A DNA stretch of 64,000 nt from Candidatus Methylomirabilota bacterium (lineage in GTDB: Bacteria > Methylomirabilota > Methylomirabilia > Methylomirabilales > CSP1-5). Location: positions 9,779-73,778 of the forward strand of contig JAPUFX010000066.1 of NCBI GenBank assembly GCA_027293415.1. The letters are read 5' to 3'. A program made the translations under genes and the position numbers. The notes under the pieces were generated by a model. The model searched no databases, was not told the origin of the DNA, and was given only the letters and a program-made list of their open reading frames with translations. Shown in pieces: positions 61,746-64,000 of this stretch; the first letter of the stretch is position 1; every line of letters starts with the position of its first letter.

Positions 61746-63044
61746 ATGAAGACCATCAATATCGGCCTCGTGGGTTTCGGGACGGTCGGAGTCGGGGTAG
61801 TGAGGCTGTTCCAGGACCAGGCCGTGCTGCTCGAGCGACGTGTGGGGGCGCGACTCCTGGTCAAGCGGATCGCCGATATCGACCTCGCGAGGGTGCGAGA
61901 CGTGGAGGTGGATCCTAATGTCCTTACCTCGGATGCGCGAGAGGTCACCGAGGATAAGACAATCGACATCGTGATCGAGCTCATCGGGGGTACCACAGTG
62001 GCTCGCGACGTGGGGCTTGCGGCGCTGAGGAATGGGAAGCACTTGGTCACGGCCAACAAAGCCCTCCTCGCCACCCACGGCCTCGAGCTGTTTAGGGCAG
62101 CGGCCGAACACCGAGTCGATTTAGGATTTGAGGCCAGCGTCTGCGGCGGGATCCCGATCATCCGGGCGGTCCGAGAGGGTCTCGTTGCCAACCGAATCCT
62201 CTCCATTACCGGAATTGTGAACGGTACCTGCAACTATATCCTCACGAAAATGACGGAACTTGGAGCTCCGTTCGCAGAGGTCCTCGAAGAGGCCCAGGTC
62301 AAGGGATACGCCGAGGCAGATCCGTCGCTTGACATCGACGGCATTGATACTGCCCACAAGCTCCAGATCCTCGCCTCGATAGCCTATGGGGGCACCGTGG
62401 ACTTTGATGCCATCCATATCGAGGGGATCCGCGAGGTCGACCCCGCGGATATCCAGTATGCAAAGGAGCTGGGATACCGGATCAAGCTGTTAGCCATCGC
62501 CAAAGAGGCCGATGGCAAGGTCGAGGTACGGGTTCACCCCACCTTGGTCCCCGAAGACCACCTGCTTGCCCCAGTCGGGGGGGTCTATAACGCCGTCTAT
62601 ATCGTGGGTGACGCCACCGGATCCTTGATGTTTTCCGGAAGGGGAGCCGGGCAGATGCCGACGGCCAGCGCCGTCGTCAGCGACGTTGTCGAGATCGCCC
62701 AGAACATCCTCCATGGGCGCCCGTCGAGACCATCGCATGTCCGTGAGATCGCCGGTGAGGGCTTGAGGATTCGACCCATGGAGCAGGTCCGGACCCGGTA
62801 CTACCTGCGGGTGATGGCTGTCGACAAGCCGGGAGTTCTCTCAAAGGTCTCGGGGATCCTTGGAGAGCACGACATCTCTATCGCTTCAGTGATCCAGAAG
62901 GGGCGGCATGCCAAAGCAAGTGTCCCAGTCGTCATGATGACCCACGAGGCGGTGGAGGGAGCGATGCAAAAAGCTCTTGGAGGGATCAAGGCCCTCGATG
63001 CGGTGACGGGGAAGACGATCTGCATCCGTGTCGAGGAAGCCTGA
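61746..63044 (+). CDS. hom: Homoserine dehydrogenase
   Basis: 432 aa. NAD-binding N-terminus GLVGFGTVG, catalytic domain and a C-terminal ACT domain. Confidence 0.94.
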   Translation: MKTINIGLVGFGTVGVGVVRLFQDQAVLLERRVGARLLVKRIADIDLARVRDVEVDPNVLTSDAREVTEDKTIDIVIELIGGTTVARDVGLAALRNGKHLVTANKALLATHGLELFRAAAEHRVDLGFEASVCGGIPIIRAVREGLVANRILSITGIVNGTCNYILTKMTELGAPFAEVLEEAQVKGYAEADPSLDIDGIDTAHKLQILASIAYGGTVDFDAIHIEGIREVDPADIQYAKELGYRIKLLAIAKEADGKVEVRVHPTLVPEDHLLAPVGGVYNAVYIVGDATGSLMFSGRGAGQMPTASAVVSDVVEIAQNILHGRPSRPSHVREIAGEGLRIRPMEQVRTRYYLRVMAVDKPGVLSKVSGILGEHDISIASVIQKGRHAKASVPVVMMTHEAVEGAMQKALGGIKALDAVTGKTICIRVEEA

Positions 63045-63047
63045 TAA

Positions 63048-63158
63048 GTTCACGGTTCAGAGTTCAGAGTTGAGAGTGCAGAGTGCAGAGTTCAGGGAAA
63101 GGATAACACCTTTTTTTTGCTGTTTCAGCGCTGAACCCTGAACCATGAACCCTGAACG
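63048..63158. repeat. Heptad inverted repeat, class A (largest copy)
   Basis: Left arm GTTCACG GTTCAGA GTTCAGA GTTGAGA GTGCAGA GTGCAGA GTTCAGG. The centre contains a T8 run. Right arm GCTGAAC CCTGAAC CATGAAC CCTGAAC. Confidence 0.85.
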
Positions 63159-63162
63159 AAGT

Positions 63163-64000
63163 ATGGAGTTTGGCGTGAGGTGGCACGGCGTTATACATCG
63201 GTATCGGGATTATTTACCGGTGACGGAAAAAACCCCAGTAATCACCCTCCAGGAGGGAAACACCCCCCTGATTCGGGCGGACCGCCTCGGGGAAGCCCTG
63301 GATTCCCGGGTTGAGCTCTTTCTGAAGTTCGAAGGTGCGAATCCCACCGGTTCCTTCAAAGACCGCGGGATGACAGTTGCCATCAGCAAAGCGTTGGAAG
63401 AAAAGATGACCGCGGTCGTCTGCGCCTCTACGGGGAACACCTCCGCTTCGGCTTCCGCGTACGCCGCCCGGGCCGGGTGCCGTGCCTATGTCGTGGTCCC
63501 CAAGGGCAACGTCGCCATGGGGAAGATCTCGCAGGCCCTGGTGCACGGCGCGAGGCTCATCCCGCTGCAGGGCAACTTCGACGAGGCCTTCGAGATCGTC
63601 AAGGAAATCTCAGAAAAGTATCCGGTCGCCTTGGTCAATTCGATTAATCCCTTCCGCATCGAGGGGCAGAAGACGGCTGCTTTCGAGGTCTGCGAGCAAC
63701 TCGAGAGAAGCCCGGACCGTGTGTTTATCCCGGTCGGAAATGCCGGGAATATCAGCGCGTACTGGAAGGGCTTTCGGGAGTACCGAGAGGCGGGACGGAT
63801 TCAGGGCCTTCCCCGGATGATTGGCTGGCAGGCTGAGGGGGCCGCGCCGATAGTGCGAGGAGCGGTGGTGAAGCATCCCGAAACGGTCGCGTCGGCGATT
63901 CGCATCGGCAACCCCGCCAACTGGTCTATGGCGCGGGCAGCCATCGAAGAGTCCCAGGGGGAGATCGGGCTCGTGTCGGATGCCGAGATCCTCGACGCCT
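63163..64000 (+). CDS. thrC: Threonine synthase, 3' end outside window
   Basis: Frame 1 is open to the window end, so it is absent from the ORF track. Hand translation gives [36 protein letters not shown]...[15 protein letters not shown], including the PLP-Lys motif. GTG 63175 is an alternative start. Confidence 0.9.
   Translation, partial: MEFGVRWHGVIHRYRDYLPVTEKTPVITLQEGNTPLIRADRLGEALDSRVELFLKFEGANPTGSFKDRGMTVAISKALEEKMTAVVCASTGNTSASASAYAARAGCRAYVVVPKGNVAMGKISQALVHGARLIPLQGNFDEAFEIVKEISEKYPVALVNSINPFRIEGQKTAAFEVCEQLERSPDRVFIPVGNAGNISAYWKGFREYREAGRIQGLPRMIGWQAEGAAPIVRGAVVKHPETVASAIRIGNPANWSMARAAIEESQGEIGLVSDAEILDA

Noticed and set aside
63094-63120. T8 run in the centre of the hom-thrC element as the hom terminator.
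   Set aside because: The only preceding stem is a weak A/U-rich 5-bp pairing (AAAGG/CCTTT), and the T-run lies inside the loop of the larger inverted repeat. The support is insufficient.

Overview
A visibly GC-rich bacterial core-genome window in which every gene but one is on the + strand. I could not run any search or computation, so all calls come from reading the sequence and the ORF track.

Gene order:
- radA (3' part), carD, a yacL-like PIN/TRAM gene, ispD-ispF, cysS, rlmB.
- tRNA-Thr(UGU), tRNA-Tyr, tRNA-Gly, an inserted TPR/zinc-peptidase gene, tRNA-Thr(GGU), tuf, rpmG, tRNA-Trp.
- secE-nusG, rplKAJL, rpoBC, rpsL-rpsG-fusA (no tuf after fusA).
- The complete S10/spc/alpha ribosomal-protein block, rpsJ to rplQ, including secY, adk, map, infA and rpmJ. 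rpmD (L30) is absent.
- One minus-strand OsmC-like gene, then an EF-G paralog.
- rimP-nusA-ylxR/L7Ae-infB-DUF503-rbfA-nrnA-truB-ribF-rpsO-pnp, then an M16 peptidase.
- purB-purC-purS-purQ-purL, hom, and thrC (5' part).

No transposase, integrase, CRISPR array or defence-type gene is visible.

Two signals stand out:
1. About 15 intergenic spacers carry inverted repeats whose arms are tandem 7-nt words. There are three word classes: GTTCAGR, GTCAGCN/GCTGAYR and GTCCAAN. They are wedged between normally tightly packed translation genes, and the right arm often ends at the next Shine-Dalgarno (SD) sequence.
2. The OsmC-like gene is split in the ORF track by an in-frame TGA exactly where the family's conserved catalytic Cys lies. 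A SECIS-like hairpin follows, so this is a candidate selenoprotein.

Lesser oddities:
- infA has a 3 x 24-bp tandem repeat encoding a basic N-terminal extension.
- Leader or intercistronic terminator-like hairpins lie before rimP, between rpsL and rpsG, and between rpsO and pnp.
- ylxR and an L7Ae-like gene are fused.
- Several ribosomal proteins carry charged extensions.

Many ORF-track N-termini were trimmed to conserved starts. The small genes rpmG and rpmJ, which are missing from the track, were added by hand.
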